Assembly (NCBI GenBank): GCA_027030405.1
Contig: JALVEZ010000245.1
Coordinates: 1-20,115 of the forward strand
Direction: 5' to 3'
DNA: 20,115 nt
Source of the DNA: Hydrogenothermaceae bacterium
Lineage (GTDB): Bacteria; Aquificota; Aquificia; Aquificales; Hydrogenothermaceae
Shown: one piece after another, positions 1 to 7,570 of the stretch
How positions within the stretch are numbered: position 1 is the first letter of the stretch
How the letters are laid out: each line of letters opens with the position of its first letter
The notes under the pieces: model-generated
The model's input: the letters and a program-made list of their open reading frames with translations, nothing else
The model's database searches: none
Told to the model about the DNA's origin: nothing
Translations under genes and position numbers: made by a program

Positions 1-510
1 GTTGATTTTGTCCAAAATGTCCTTATGCTCACCCTTTTTTCCTCTCACCACAGGAGCTAAAATCTGGAGTTTTGTTCCTTCCGGAAATTTTAAAACCTGT
101 TCTGATATCTCTTCAGGCGATTGGGAAGCAATCAGGTTATTACACTCTGGGCAGTGCGGTTTTCCTACCCTTGCAAATAAGAGCCTTAAATAATCATAAA
201 TCTCAGTTATTGTTCCTACTGTTGAACGGGGATTTTTCGATGTTGTTTTCTGGTCTATTGCAATGGCAGGAGATAAACCTTCAATATTGTCCACATCTGG
301 TTTTTCCATAAGACCTAAAAACTGTCTTGCATAAGCAGAAAGACTTTCCACGTATCTTCTCTGTCCTTCTGCGTAAATGGTATCAAATGCAAGTGATGAT
401 TTACCTGAGCCTGACGGCCCCGTTATCACGATAAATTTATTTTTAGGTAGTTCCAGATCTATATTTTTTAAATTGTGCTGCCTCGCTCCGTGTATAACTA
501 TTTTGTCCAT
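1..510 (-). CDS. uvrA: Excinuclease ABC subunit A (UvrA), N-terminal 170 codons. The gene continues beyond the left window edge.
   Basis: Reverse-strand translation from the ATG at 510-508 reads [66 protein letters not shown]...[17 protein letters not shown]. This matches the UvrA N-terminal Walker A (GPSGSGKSS), the ABC signature region and the zinc-finger CPEC motif. An AAGGGAG RBS sits 6 nt upstream (rc of 514-520). This ORF is not in the supplied ORF track because it runs off the window. Confidence 0.85.
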   Translation of the reverse strand, partial: MDKIVIHGARQHNLKNIDLELPKNKFIVITGPSGSGKSSLAFDTIYAEGQRRYVESLSAYARQFLGLMEKPDVDNIEGLSPAIAIDQKTTSKNPRSTVGTITEIYDYLRLLFARVGKPHCPECNNLIASQSPEEISEQVLKFPEGTKLQILAPVVRGKKGEHKDILDKIN

Positions 511-569
511 CTATACTCCCTTGTTAAATTTTTAACTAAATAATTTAATGCTGAAAAGGATTTATTGCA

Positions 570-600
570 AAGAAAAAAATCCTCCTGTAACGGGAGGATT
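570..600 (-). terminator. Rho-independent terminator for the minus-strand operon ending with the SPFH gene.
   Basis: An 8-bp stem AATCCTCC (578-585) pairs with GGAGGATT (593-600) around a 7-nt loop. Read on the minus strand, the stem is followed by a run of seven T (rc of 571-577). It lies 7 nt downstream of the stomatin stop and upstream of the uvrA start region. Confidence 0.6.
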
Positions 601-607
601 TGATGAT

Positions 608-1501
608 TTAAGATGATTTTCCTTTATTTTTTATATCAAAGATATCTAAAAGTTCTGTTGGGAATGGGAATATGATGGTTTTTGCATTGTTATGACCTAT
701 GGTGGATAATGTTTCCAAGTATCTAAGCTGGATTGAGATAGGCTGTTCTGCTAGCATTTTTGCTGCTTCCACAAGTTTTTCTGCTGCCTGTTGTTCAGCT
801 TCTGCTGCAATAATTTTAGCCCTTCTTTCCCTTTCTGCCTCTGCCTGTCTTGCCATGGCTTTTACAAGATTTTCAGGTAGATCTATTCTTTTGAGTTCTA
901 CTGCTATTACTTTGATTCCCCAGGCGTCTGTTTCTTTGTCTATAACCTCTTGAAGTTTCATATTTATTTCTTCTCTTTTAGATAACAGTCCGTCTAATTC
1001 TTCCTGACCACATATACTTCTCAATGTTGTTTGTGATATCTGGGAAGTTGCATAAACGTAATCTTCAACATTTACGATAGCTTTAACAGGATCAACTACT
1101 CTAAAATAAACAACTGCATCAACTTTCACAGATACGTTATCTTTTGTGATTACATCCTGAGTCGGAACATCAAGAGTTACAACCCGTAAAGAAACTTTTA
1201 CCATTTTATCTATGAAAGGAATAAGTATAATGAGCCCTGGCCCTTTTGCACCTATAACTCTACCTAAACGGAAGATCACACCTCTTTCATATTCAGGTAA
1301 GATCTTGATTGCTGAAGCTAAAAATATAACAACTAAAACTATCAGAACCAATACTGGTATGCCCATGTTTGAACCTCCAATTAAATTAAGAAACTGTTGA
1401 AAATAGATTTCAACTTTTGTAAAAAATTGATCTCCGAAAAATGTAACACCTACAATAACTACAAAAATTATTACAGGAATTAGATTTTTAATAAAATTCA
1501 T
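608..1501 (-). CDS. SPFH/band-7 (stomatin-like) membrane protein.
   Basis: The protein has N-terminal hydrophobic segment(s) followed by [18 protein letters not shown]...[13 protein letters not shown]...[10 protein letters not shown], which is the typical stomatin/SPFH core. The C-terminus is a coiled-coil stretch rich in A/E/R/K. An alternative start exists at Met46 (MGIPVLV). There is a 3-nt gap to the upstream cutA gene. Confidence 0.85.
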   Translation of the reverse strand: MNFIKNLIPVIIFVVIVGVTFFGDQFFTKVEIYFQQFLNLIGGSNMGIPVLVLIVLVVIFLASAIKILPEYERGVIFRLGRVIGAKGPGLIILIPFIDKMVKVSLRVVTLDVPTQDVITKDNVSVKVDAVVYFRVVDPVKAIVNVEDYVYATSQISQTTLRSICGQEELDGLLSKREEINMKLQEVIDKETDAWGIKVIAVELKRIDLPENLVKAMARQAEAERERRAKIIAAEAEQQAAEKLVEAAKMLAEQPISIQLRYLETLSTIGHNNAKTIIFPFPTELLDIFDIKNKGKSS

Positions 1502-1504
1502 AAA

Positions 1505-1825
1505 CTAATCCTTAACTGTTTCATCTATCCAGCTTAAATAATCCTCAGAACCTAAAATAACAGGCATTCCGATTATTTCAGGGACAGTATAAGGATGCAT
1601 CTCTTTTACTGCTTTTTCAAGCTCAGGGAAAAGCGAGGATTTTGTTTTTATAATAAGCAAAAATTCGTCATCCTGTTCTATATTTCCCTGCCAGAAATAT
1701 ATAGAATTTATCTGTGATGTTATGTTAACACAGGCAGCCAGTTTCTTTTCTACCAAACTCTTAGCAATGGTCTGTGCCACCATCTGATCAGGACATGTTA
1801 TAAAAACAACGATATAATCAGACAT
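1505..1825 (-). CDS. cutA: CutA1 divalent-cation tolerance protein (PII-like trimer family).
   Basis: It is 106 aa and carries the CutA hallmarks IVVFITCPD...IAKSLVEKKLAACVNI...SIYFWQGNI...HPYTVPEII. Its ATG directly abuts the helicase stop (TAAATG junction). Confidence 0.8.
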   Translation of the reverse strand: MSDYIVVFITCPDQMVAQTIAKSLVEKKLAACVNITSQINSIYFWQGNIEQDDEFLLIIKTKSSLFPELEKAVKEMHPYTVPEIIGMPVILGSEDYLSWIDETVKD

Positions 1826-3532
1826 TTAGTCCTCCTTTTCTATGTATTCTAATCCTATGAAATCAAAAAGATCATTAATCGAAACGATCTCTTCTTGAGC
1901 TTCTATGTCATCAATAACATTTTCAATCATCTGTCTTTTTTCTTCTAACTTTTTCAGGATATGTTCTTCTACGGTATTTTCCGTTACGTAATTGTATATG
2001 TTTACTTTGTTTTTTTGTCCTATTCTGTGGATCCTATCTTCTGCCTGCCATATTTTTGCAGGGTTCCAGTGAAGATCAAAAAATATGGAATAACTTGCTT
2101 CTGTTAGTGTGAGACCTTCTCCTGCTGTGACAATCGTTCCTAAAAATATTTTTCTTTTTGGGTCTTCTTTAAACAGTTTTACTGCTTCTTTTTTCTGATT
2201 GTGGTTCATTTTCCCGTGGTAGGTAACAAAACTATTGGATCCGAAATTCTTTTTCAGGTTGTGAGCTATCTTTTCCACACCTTCTTTTACAAAATTTGTA
2301 AATATTATTACTTTTTCTCCTTCTGAAAGAAGTTCGTTTAATATATCAAGCAACCTATCCATCTTAGGGCTTTCATAACTTTTTGAAGGAAAGTTGCAAA
2401 CCTGTCTTAGTCTTTGTATAGAATGAATAAGATTTTGTCTTATTATGAATTTATAATTTTTTGCATTTTTGTGCCTGTCAATCAGATGTTCTATCCTTTC
2501 TTTTTCTGTGTTCAGTATTTTTTCATACTCTTTTTGTTGTTTTGGATTTAACTGGAATTTTTCTATTTCTGGTGGAAGCTTTTCAGGTAGATCTTTCAAT
2601 ACATCTTTTTTAAGTCTTCTGAGCATAATTGGCTGAATTAGCTGTTTAGCTTCTTCCTGAGATACACTTCCTTCCACTTGATAGTCTGGATTTAAAAATT
2701 CATATAAAGAGATAAGCTCCCTTAAGTTGTTCTGTAACGGTGTTCCGCTTAACGCCCATCTGTATTTTGTGAATTTTGATATGTATTTTACTGCTTTAGT
2801 TTTTACTGCATCTGGATTTTTTATGTTGTGGGCTTCATCAAGGATGACAATGTCCAGATTTTTTCTAAATTCTTCTAAAAGATGATCTCTATTTTTAAAA
2901 TCGCCTCTTAATGTGTCGTAGCTTATCAGGTATATATGAGAGTTCAGTTTCCACGTAATATCTCTAAGGTGGCTTTCTCCTCTGATTGTTATAAATTGAA
3001 GTTCTGGAGCCCATTCTTTCAGATGGTTTTCCCATACGGAAATAAGATTTAAAGGCACTATTATAAGAGCTTTTTTAACTTTTCCTTTTATGAACATTAT
3101 TCTCAGGGCAGTTGTGGACATAACTGTTTTTCCTGTTCCCATCTGATCTGCCAATAATGCAAAGTTATTACTTATTAAAAATTTTATGCCCTGAATCTGA
3201 TACGGATATAAAGGATGTGGGAAATTTAGATCTGATGGGATGTTGAAATCAATTTCTGGAACCAGCAGAGGTTTAACAAGGTCTAACAGTGAAAGATTTT
3301 TCAGTTCCAACTGCTCTTTTTTAGAAACTTTTTCTGAAGATTTACCGTTTAAAAGCTGCTGGATATTTTGTTCCGTGTATATTTTTCCGACAGCAGAAAC
3401 ATCAGGAATATCCTTTATAAGATTCTCAGAAATTTTAAATATTCCGTCGTCACTGGAAAAATACTGTATTATTTCAACGTCTATATTTTTTACTAAGTTT
3501 TTATTTTGTAGTAAGTTTTGCATTTTTTTCAT
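1826..3532 (-). CDS. Compact SNF2-family (SWI2/SNF2, RapA/HepA-like) ATP-dependent helicase/translocase.
   Basis: Motif I is LLADQMGTGKT and the DEAH-box is ILDEAHNIKN. Helicase motifs IV-VI are FVTYHGKMNHNQKKEAVKLF ... TAGGEGLTLTEAS ... WNPAKIWQAEDRIHRIGQ. It is 568 aa with only about 100 aa ahead of the ATPase core. Its start overlaps the 3' end of the upstream ORF by 23-32 nt. Confidence 0.85.
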   Translation of the reverse strand: MKKMQNLLQNKNLVKNIDVEIIQYFSSDDGIFKISENLIKDIPDVSAVGKIYTEQNIQQLLNGKSSEKVSKKEQLELKNLSLLDLVKPLLVPEIDFNIPSDLNFPHPLYPYQIQGIKFLISNNFALLADQMGTGKTVMSTTALRIMFIKGKVKKALIIVPLNLISVWENHLKEWAPELQFITIRGESHLRDITWKLNSHIYLISYDTLRGDFKNRDHLLEEFRKNLDIVILDEAHNIKNPDAVKTKAVKYISKFTKYRWALSGTPLQNNLRELISLYEFLNPDYQVEGSVSQEEAKQLIQPIMLRRLKKDVLKDLPEKLPPEIEKFQLNPKQQKEYEKILNTEKERIEHLIDRHKNAKNYKFIIRQNLIHSIQRLRQVCNFPSKSYESPKMDRLLDILNELLSEGEKVIIFTNFVKEGVEKIAHNLKKNFGSNSFVTYHGKMNHNQKKEAVKLFKEDPKRKIFLGTIVTAGEGLTLTEASYSIFFDLHWNPAKIWQAEDRIHRIGQKNKVNIYNYVTENTVEEHILKKLEEKRQMIENVIDDIEAQEEIVSINDLFDFIGLEYIEKED

Positions 3533-4031
3533 TCATTGCAATGTATTGGATTGCATTTTCTATACGCTGAAAAGGTTCCATTATATTAAAGTTTTTATAT
3601 ATCTCATTTAATGCTTTGGATATACTTATCAGCTTTTTTTCATCTTCTTTGGATATGGTTATCATTAACGGATCAAACTTGTTATAAATGTTGATTATTT
3701 TATGGCTGTATTTATCCTTTGCCATAAATGGATCAAACTTTCTTACGAAGATTACAGGAGCATCTATACTTTTTCTTATGGTTAACAGGTCTTTATCTTT
3801 TGTTAAAACAATATCATATTTTTCCTTCAGTGCGTTTAAAAGGTCTATTCCAAATTTTTCTTTAAAAAGAACTTCTTTTAATGAATCTCCGTATATTATT
3901 TTTTGAAGTTCGTCTAATGAAACTTCTGTTGTTATTCTGAACTCTATAGGTTTTGTTTTTTCATCTGTAAGAAGAACGCCGCCTCGAAAGTCTGCGTTTT
4001 CTTCTGTGTAATAGAGATAAGCTATATTCAT
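3501..4031 (-). CDS. Hypothetical protein of 176 aa with no motif I can recognise. It is the first gene of the SNF2-cutA-SPFH unit.
   Basis: The ORF track gives 3501..4112. I prefer the internal ATG at 4031 (MNIAYLYYTEENADF...). An AAAGGGT RBS sits 7 nt upstream. A TATAAT-like box (ttataataaaaat) lies just upstream in the divergent intergenic region. The protein is K/E/D/I-rich and soluble-looking. Confidence 0.6.
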   Translation of the reverse strand: MNIAYLYYTEENADFRGGVLLTDEKTKPIEFRITTEVSLDELQKIIYGDSLKEVLFKEKFGIDLLNALKEKYDIVLTKDKDLLTIRKSIDAPVIFVRKFDPFMAKDKYSHKIINIYNKFDPLMITISKEDEKKLISISKALNEIYKNFNIMEPFQRIENAIQYIAMNEKNAKLTTK

Positions 4032-4184
4032 TTTAGCTACCCTTTTTATTTTTATTATAACATTTCGATTTTTGAGAAGAATATTAAATTTTTTTTGAAA
4101 TTTTACGAACATAAAATTGTGTAAAAATTTTTTACAAATTATATTTTTTTATTTAAATATTTTTATTAAACCGAGGACATTAAA
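4032..4184. promoter_or_regulatory. Divergent AT-rich intergenic region. It presumably holds promoters for the minus-strand SNF2 operon and the plus-strand gene starting at 4185.
   Basis: It is 153 nt, over 85% A+T and non-coding. It contains a TTGAAA hexamer (4095-4100), a TGTGTAAAAAT block (4118-4128) and a ttataat element (near 4045-4051, minus-strand sense). A GAGGA RBS (4173-4177) serves the plus-strand gene. The promoter hexamers cannot be assigned reliably in a genome this AT-rich. Confidence 0.3.
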
Positions 4185-4571
4185 TTGGAAATTTTTATGG
4201 ATAGATTTAGGGAAGTCAAAAAGTCAAAAATCATAAAAGGGAAAGTTATAGAATCAAGGCTGATAAAATGTGATGACAAGTATGATGTTTATAAACCTAT
4301 TGTCAGATATCAGTATGAAATTGATGGGAAAATATACATATCCCAGACTTTATGTCAGGAGAACATATACGGTACAAAAGAAGAGATGTCAGATTTTATA
4401 AAAAAGTATCCAGTTGGAAAACAGATTAATATAAATATTGATCCTGAAAATCCAGAAAATCCTAAAGTGGATTTAGGGATAACATTCCAGAATGTAAACT
4501 TTTTAATCTTCATCGGATCCACACTTATTTTACTTTTAATGCTGTTCTACGAACTTGTTAAAAATCAATAA
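4185..4571 (+). CDS. DUF3592-like small protein with a C-terminal transmembrane anchor.
   Basis: A TTG start at 4185 has a GAGGA RBS 7 nt upstream. The alternative ATG is at 4197. It contains KGKVIESRLIKCDDKYDVYKPIVRYQYEIDGKIYIS...YPVGKQININIDPENPENP, resembling the DUF3592 pattern (beta-rich domain ending in a YDPxNP-like motif). The C-terminus is a hydrophobic helix, FLIFIGSTLILLLMLFY. Its 3' end overlaps the convergent LPP20 gene by 7 nt. Confidence 0.6.
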   Translation: MEIFMDRFREVKKSKIIKGKVIESRLIKCDDKYDVYKPIVRYQYEIDGKIYISQTLCQENIYGTKEEMSDFIKKYPVGKQININIDPENPENPKVDLGITFQNVNFLIFIGSTLILLLMLFYELVKNQ

Positions 4572-5161
4572 CCGTAGAACTCTTTCTGAATCTCTTTATC
4601 TAACTCTTTAAATCCTCTTTTAGCCTGAAACTGTTGCCATAGAGCCTGATTATTTTTATAACTTGTTACAATCGTATCTTCTATATATTTTGCTAACTTT
4701 TTGGCAGCATCTTTGTCTAAGACTACTAAAACGAAAAGTTCATTCTTAGGAGATATCCATATATCTTTCTGCCTTGAACCTATAAGAACTTGATTTGTTA
4801 TCTGTTTTGATACTGTTCTTGTTATTTTATCAACTGTCTCCTGACTTCCTGCTCCTGTTGTCTGAACAAAATTTCCCACAAGATTCTTGACCTTTACTTG
4901 TATCTGTCTTGCCAGTTCATCCCGTGCATTTGCAAGTGCTTCTGTCCGTGCAAAGTTCAAACCTGCTTTTCCTATTTTTGCAGAACCTACGGCAGCAAAT
5001 TTTGATACAGATGAAGGATTTAAAACCCATTCAGGTGCGTTTTTGAACTCTTCTGCATACTTGCTTTCTTTGTCTATTTTTTCATATGCTGTTTTACTTT
5101 TTGTAGAACATCCAAATGAAACAATCGATATAATGGCAACCAGTGATAAAATTTTCTTCAT
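4565..5161 (-). CDS. LPP20-family lipoprotein.
   Basis: It has a signal peptide with a lipobox (IVSFG-C-S) and the APEWVLNP motif typical of LPP20 (Helicobacter Lpp20-like) lipoproteins. It is 198 aa. A 3-nt gap separates it from the upstream GH57 gene, so it is probably the last gene of the glycogen cluster transcript. Confidence 0.75.
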   Translation of the reverse strand: MKKILSLVAIISIVSFGCSTKSKTAYEKIDKESKYAEEFKNAPEWVLNPSSVSKFAAVGSAKIGKAGLNFARTEALANARDELARQIQVKVKNLVGNFVQTTGAGSQETVDKITRTVSKQITNQVLIGSRQKDIWISPKNELFVLVVLDKDAAKKLAKYIEDTIVTSYKNNQALWQQFQAKRGFKELDKEIQKEFYGY

Positions 5162-5164
5162 TTT

Positions 5165-6757
5165 TTAATCCTCAAGTGCAAATTTTTTAAAATCTATATT
5201 ATCAAATATTCCGTTTTTATACTCTAACCAGTCTAAAAATCCATTATCAATATCATTCTTTTCGATCATATCTTTCAGTTTTAAAAAGTTGTATATATGT
5301 TCTTTTGTTCTTTTTGTGGCGTATTCTTTTGCAGTTTCTGTAGTCATAAGAAAAGCCCAGTCGCTACTCTGTGCAAGTAAAAGTTCTCTTTCCATCTGGT
5401 TAAGTGTTCTAATCTTCACAGAATCTGTTTCATCTCTATATTTTTTACTGAAATCTTCCATAACATCTGCCATGTAATGAAGATGTTTATAAATCCAGTC
5501 GTTACCTGGATTCAACCATACTTCAAAATACCCTTTATCTCCCCATGAGGAAGGAGAAGGCTCAACAACCTGATTTGTTGGATATTCATTGAGATATTCT
5601 GGAGGTGTAATAGGTTTTATCTGTTTGTGTTTATCAATTTCTTTAAAGAGAAAATATAAAAAATCCACACCTTCAAACCACCAGTGTCCGAAAAGTTCTG
5701 CATCATACGGTGAAACAACAACAGGTTTTCTATCCATCAGTTTAGAAAGGTGTTCTATCTGTTTATCCCTTGCCCAGTGGAAATGTTTTGCGTGTTCTTC
5801 TGCTTTTCCCCGTGCAATATCAGGATCGTAAGGTTGTTTATCTGCCAGATCAACATCTCCAGTGATTTTATAATACTTTATGCCAGTATAAACTCTGACA
5901 CCATCTGGACTGATATAAGGTTTTATATATTCAAAATCTAAATCAAATCCAATATCTCTATAAAAATCCCTGTAGTTCGGGTCTCCAGGATATCCTTCTT
6001 TGGAACTCCAGACCTGTTTTGATGAATCTGGATCTCTTCCAAAAGCCGAAACACCTTCAGGTGTGTAAACAGGTGCAAATACACCGTATTTTGGAGCAGG
6101 TTTTCCAAAGATTATTCCGTGGGAATCAAGAAAGAAAAACTCAATTCCATATTTTGCTAGTATTTTATCAAGATCTTTATAATAAGCACATTCAGGAAGC
6201 CATATACCTTTTGGTTTTTCTCCGAAATGTTTTTCGTGTGTTTCCACTGCAACTCGTATCTGAGTTTCAACTGCAGACTCATTTACAGACAGTAAAGGTA
6301 AGAATCCGTGTGTAGCTCCGCAGGTTATTATTTCTAAATAGCCTTTATTTTTGAAGTATTTATAACCGTTTAGAACATTTTTATTTAGAAATCCGTTATA
6401 GAAGTCGTGTATATCGTTTATCCTCTTATTGTAGAAATGAGCCAGCTTGTTAAAAACAGGGTCATTTTTCGTTCTGTTTATCTCTTTTTCTGTAAGCTGT
6501 ATCATTTTTTGAAGGTATTTTTCATACTGATTTCTTAAATATTCGTCATTTAACATCTCTGCGAGAGGCGGTGTTATTGAGGTTGTAAGTCTGAAATAAA
6601 TATTTTCTTCTTCTAACTTTTTCAGGTTCATCAATAAGGGGATATACGTTTCCGTAATAGCCTCAAAAAGCCAGTGTTCTTCAAGGAAATAGTCATATTC
6701 AGGATGTTTAACAAACGGTAAATGTGAATGTAAAACAGGCATCCAGTATCCTTTCAT
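5165..6757 (-). CDS. GH57-family 1,4-alpha-glucan branching enzyme, similar to Thermus TTHA1902 and Thermotoga AmyC/TM1438.
   Basis: The N-terminus reads YWMPVLHSHLPFVKHPEYDYFLEEHWLFEAITETYIPLL. Further motifs are ITCGATHGFLPLL, GIWLPECAYY, KQVWSS..GYPGDPNYRDFYRD, PYDAELFGHWWFEG and the C-terminal RELLLAQSSDWAFLMTT (DUF1957 region). This is near-colinear with characterised GH57 branching enzymes. The ORF track starts at a GTG at 6772. The ATG at 6757 gives an ATGA overlap with the upstream gene's stop and is preferred. Confidence 0.9.
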   Translation of the reverse strand: MKGYWMPVLHSHLPFVKHPEYDYFLEEHWLFEAITETYIPLLMNLKKLEEENIYFRLTTSITPPLAEMLNDEYLRNQYEKYLQKMIQLTEKEINRTKNDPVFNKLAHFYNKRINDIHDFYNGFLNKNVLNGYKYFKNKGYLEIITCGATHGFLPLLSVNESAVETQIRVAVETHEKHFGEKPKGIWLPECAYYKDLDKILAKYGIEFFFLDSHGIIFGKPAPKYGVFAPVYTPEGVSAFGRDPDSSKQVWSSKEGYPGDPNYRDFYRDIGFDLDFEYIKPYISPDGVRVYTGIKYYKITGDVDLADKQPYDPDIARGKAEEHAKHFHWARDKQIEHLSKLMDRKPVVVSPYDAELFGHWWFEGVDFLYFLFKEIDKHKQIKPITPPEYLNEYPTNQVVEPSPSSWGDKGYFEVWLNPGNDWIYKHLHYMADVMEDFSKKYRDETDSVKIRTLNQMERELLLAQSSDWAFLMTTETAKEYATKRTKEHIYNFLKLKDMIEKNDIDNGFLDWLEYKNGIFDNIDFKKFALED

Positions 6758-7566
6758 TTTAAATTCTCCCACGATGATGAAATTTTTCTTATCTGATTTT
6801 GTATTAATGTCTCAATGATTTTCTGGAAAGGTAGATTTGAATCTGCAAAAAACTCAGTTTCTCCATGAGAAAGTTTAATAATCTCTTTCCAGTCTTTCAT
6901 TTTAGTCATCCATATTTCTTCTTCTGCAAATTCTGAGATCTCATCAGAAGGAACAACTATCGTATTAGATCTCATAATCTCTATAAACTGATCATTCACT
7001 AACACTCCGAACACCACAAAAAGCTGATGGAAAGGTGCATGATAAAAAATATAATATTTTCCAATTGGATCATTAATATCGATAGGCAACACTTCATTTC
7101 CGTTATCATACAGCTTAATCACAAATCTAAAATGTTTATACTGGCTTTTAAGCAAATTTATTGTTTCATCACTTAATTCCCAGTATGTGAAATGTTTTGA
7201 AGGGTCAACAGGAAGCAGAACTATTTTTGTTATGTTGTATCTTTCTGGAATAGGATAATCTTCTTTAATGTATTTATGCTCAATATTGGGAGCTTCTGTG
7301 GAATCTTCTTTTAAAACATGTGTCTGACTGGAAAAACTGTTTTCATCATAACTTTCGGCTATCAGAATATCCCTTTTGATCTCTTCACTTTTTGTTTGTT
7401 CTGCCAATTTTTCTTCTGCTTCGAATGATGTTTCTGGATCGCATTCTTCCATCATTTTTATAGCTTTGATTAGCTCATTTTTATTCATCTTTGAACGACC
7501 TTTTATATTTTTTTCTTTTGCTAACTGGTAGAGTTTCTTTTTTGTTAGCTTTTTTAAATCTTCCAA
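6754..7566 (-). CDS. Conserved hypothetical protein with a Rho-N/SAP-like N-terminal motif, an acidic linker and a C-terminal globular domain. The C-terminal domain is tentatively DUF4912-like.
   Basis: The N-terminus reads LTKKKLYQLAKEKNIKGRSKMNKNELIKAI, the Rho_N-type helix-hairpin. An E/S/D-rich low-complexity linker runs for about 60 aa. The C-terminal domain contains ...HFTYWELSDET...YYIFYHAPFHQLFVVFGV. It sits between glgA and the GH57 branching enzyme with short overlaps and gaps. Confidence 0.6.
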   Translation of the reverse strand: MEDLKKLTKKKLYQLAKEKNIKGRSKMNKNELIKAIKMMEECDPETSFEAEEKLAEQTKSEEIKRDILIAESYDENSFSSQTHVLKEDSTEAPNIEHKYIKEDYPIPERYNITKIVLLPVDPSKHFTYWELSDETINLLKSQYKHFRFVIKLYDNGNEVLPIDINDPIGKYYIFYHAPFHQLFVVFGVLVNDQFIEIMRSNTIVVPSDEISEFAEEEIWMTKMKDWKEIIKLSHGETEFFADSNLPFQKIIETLIQNQIRKISSSWENLK

Positions 7567-7570
7567 TTTT

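Noticed and set aside
2-311. Plus-strand ORFs 2..193 and 72..311 from the supplied track.
   Set aside because: They lie antisense inside the clearly recognisable uvrA N-terminal coding region on the minus strand. They are shadow ORFs.
699-953. Plus-strand 84-aa ORF rich in Ala and Ser.
   Set aside because: It is antisense to the SPFH gene's A/E-rich coiled-coil region. It has low complexity and no RBS. It is a shadow ORF.
3240-3611. Plus-strand 123-aa ORF.
   Set aside because: It is antisense to the SNF2 helicase N-terminus and the gene junction. It shows no start context and a F/I/L/S-rich, AT-codon composition typical of shadow frames.
1505-4112. Idea that the SNF2 unit is an antiphage defence system (DISARM- or Zorya-like).
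   Set aside because: None of the required partners is present: no DrmA/B/C, no MotAB-like ZorAB, no nuclease or methyltransferase. The neighbours are housekeeping genes (uvrA, cutA, SPFH), and there are no mobile-element signatures. Tight packing is common in compact thermophile genomes. It is downgraded to an unusual operon worth a synteny check.
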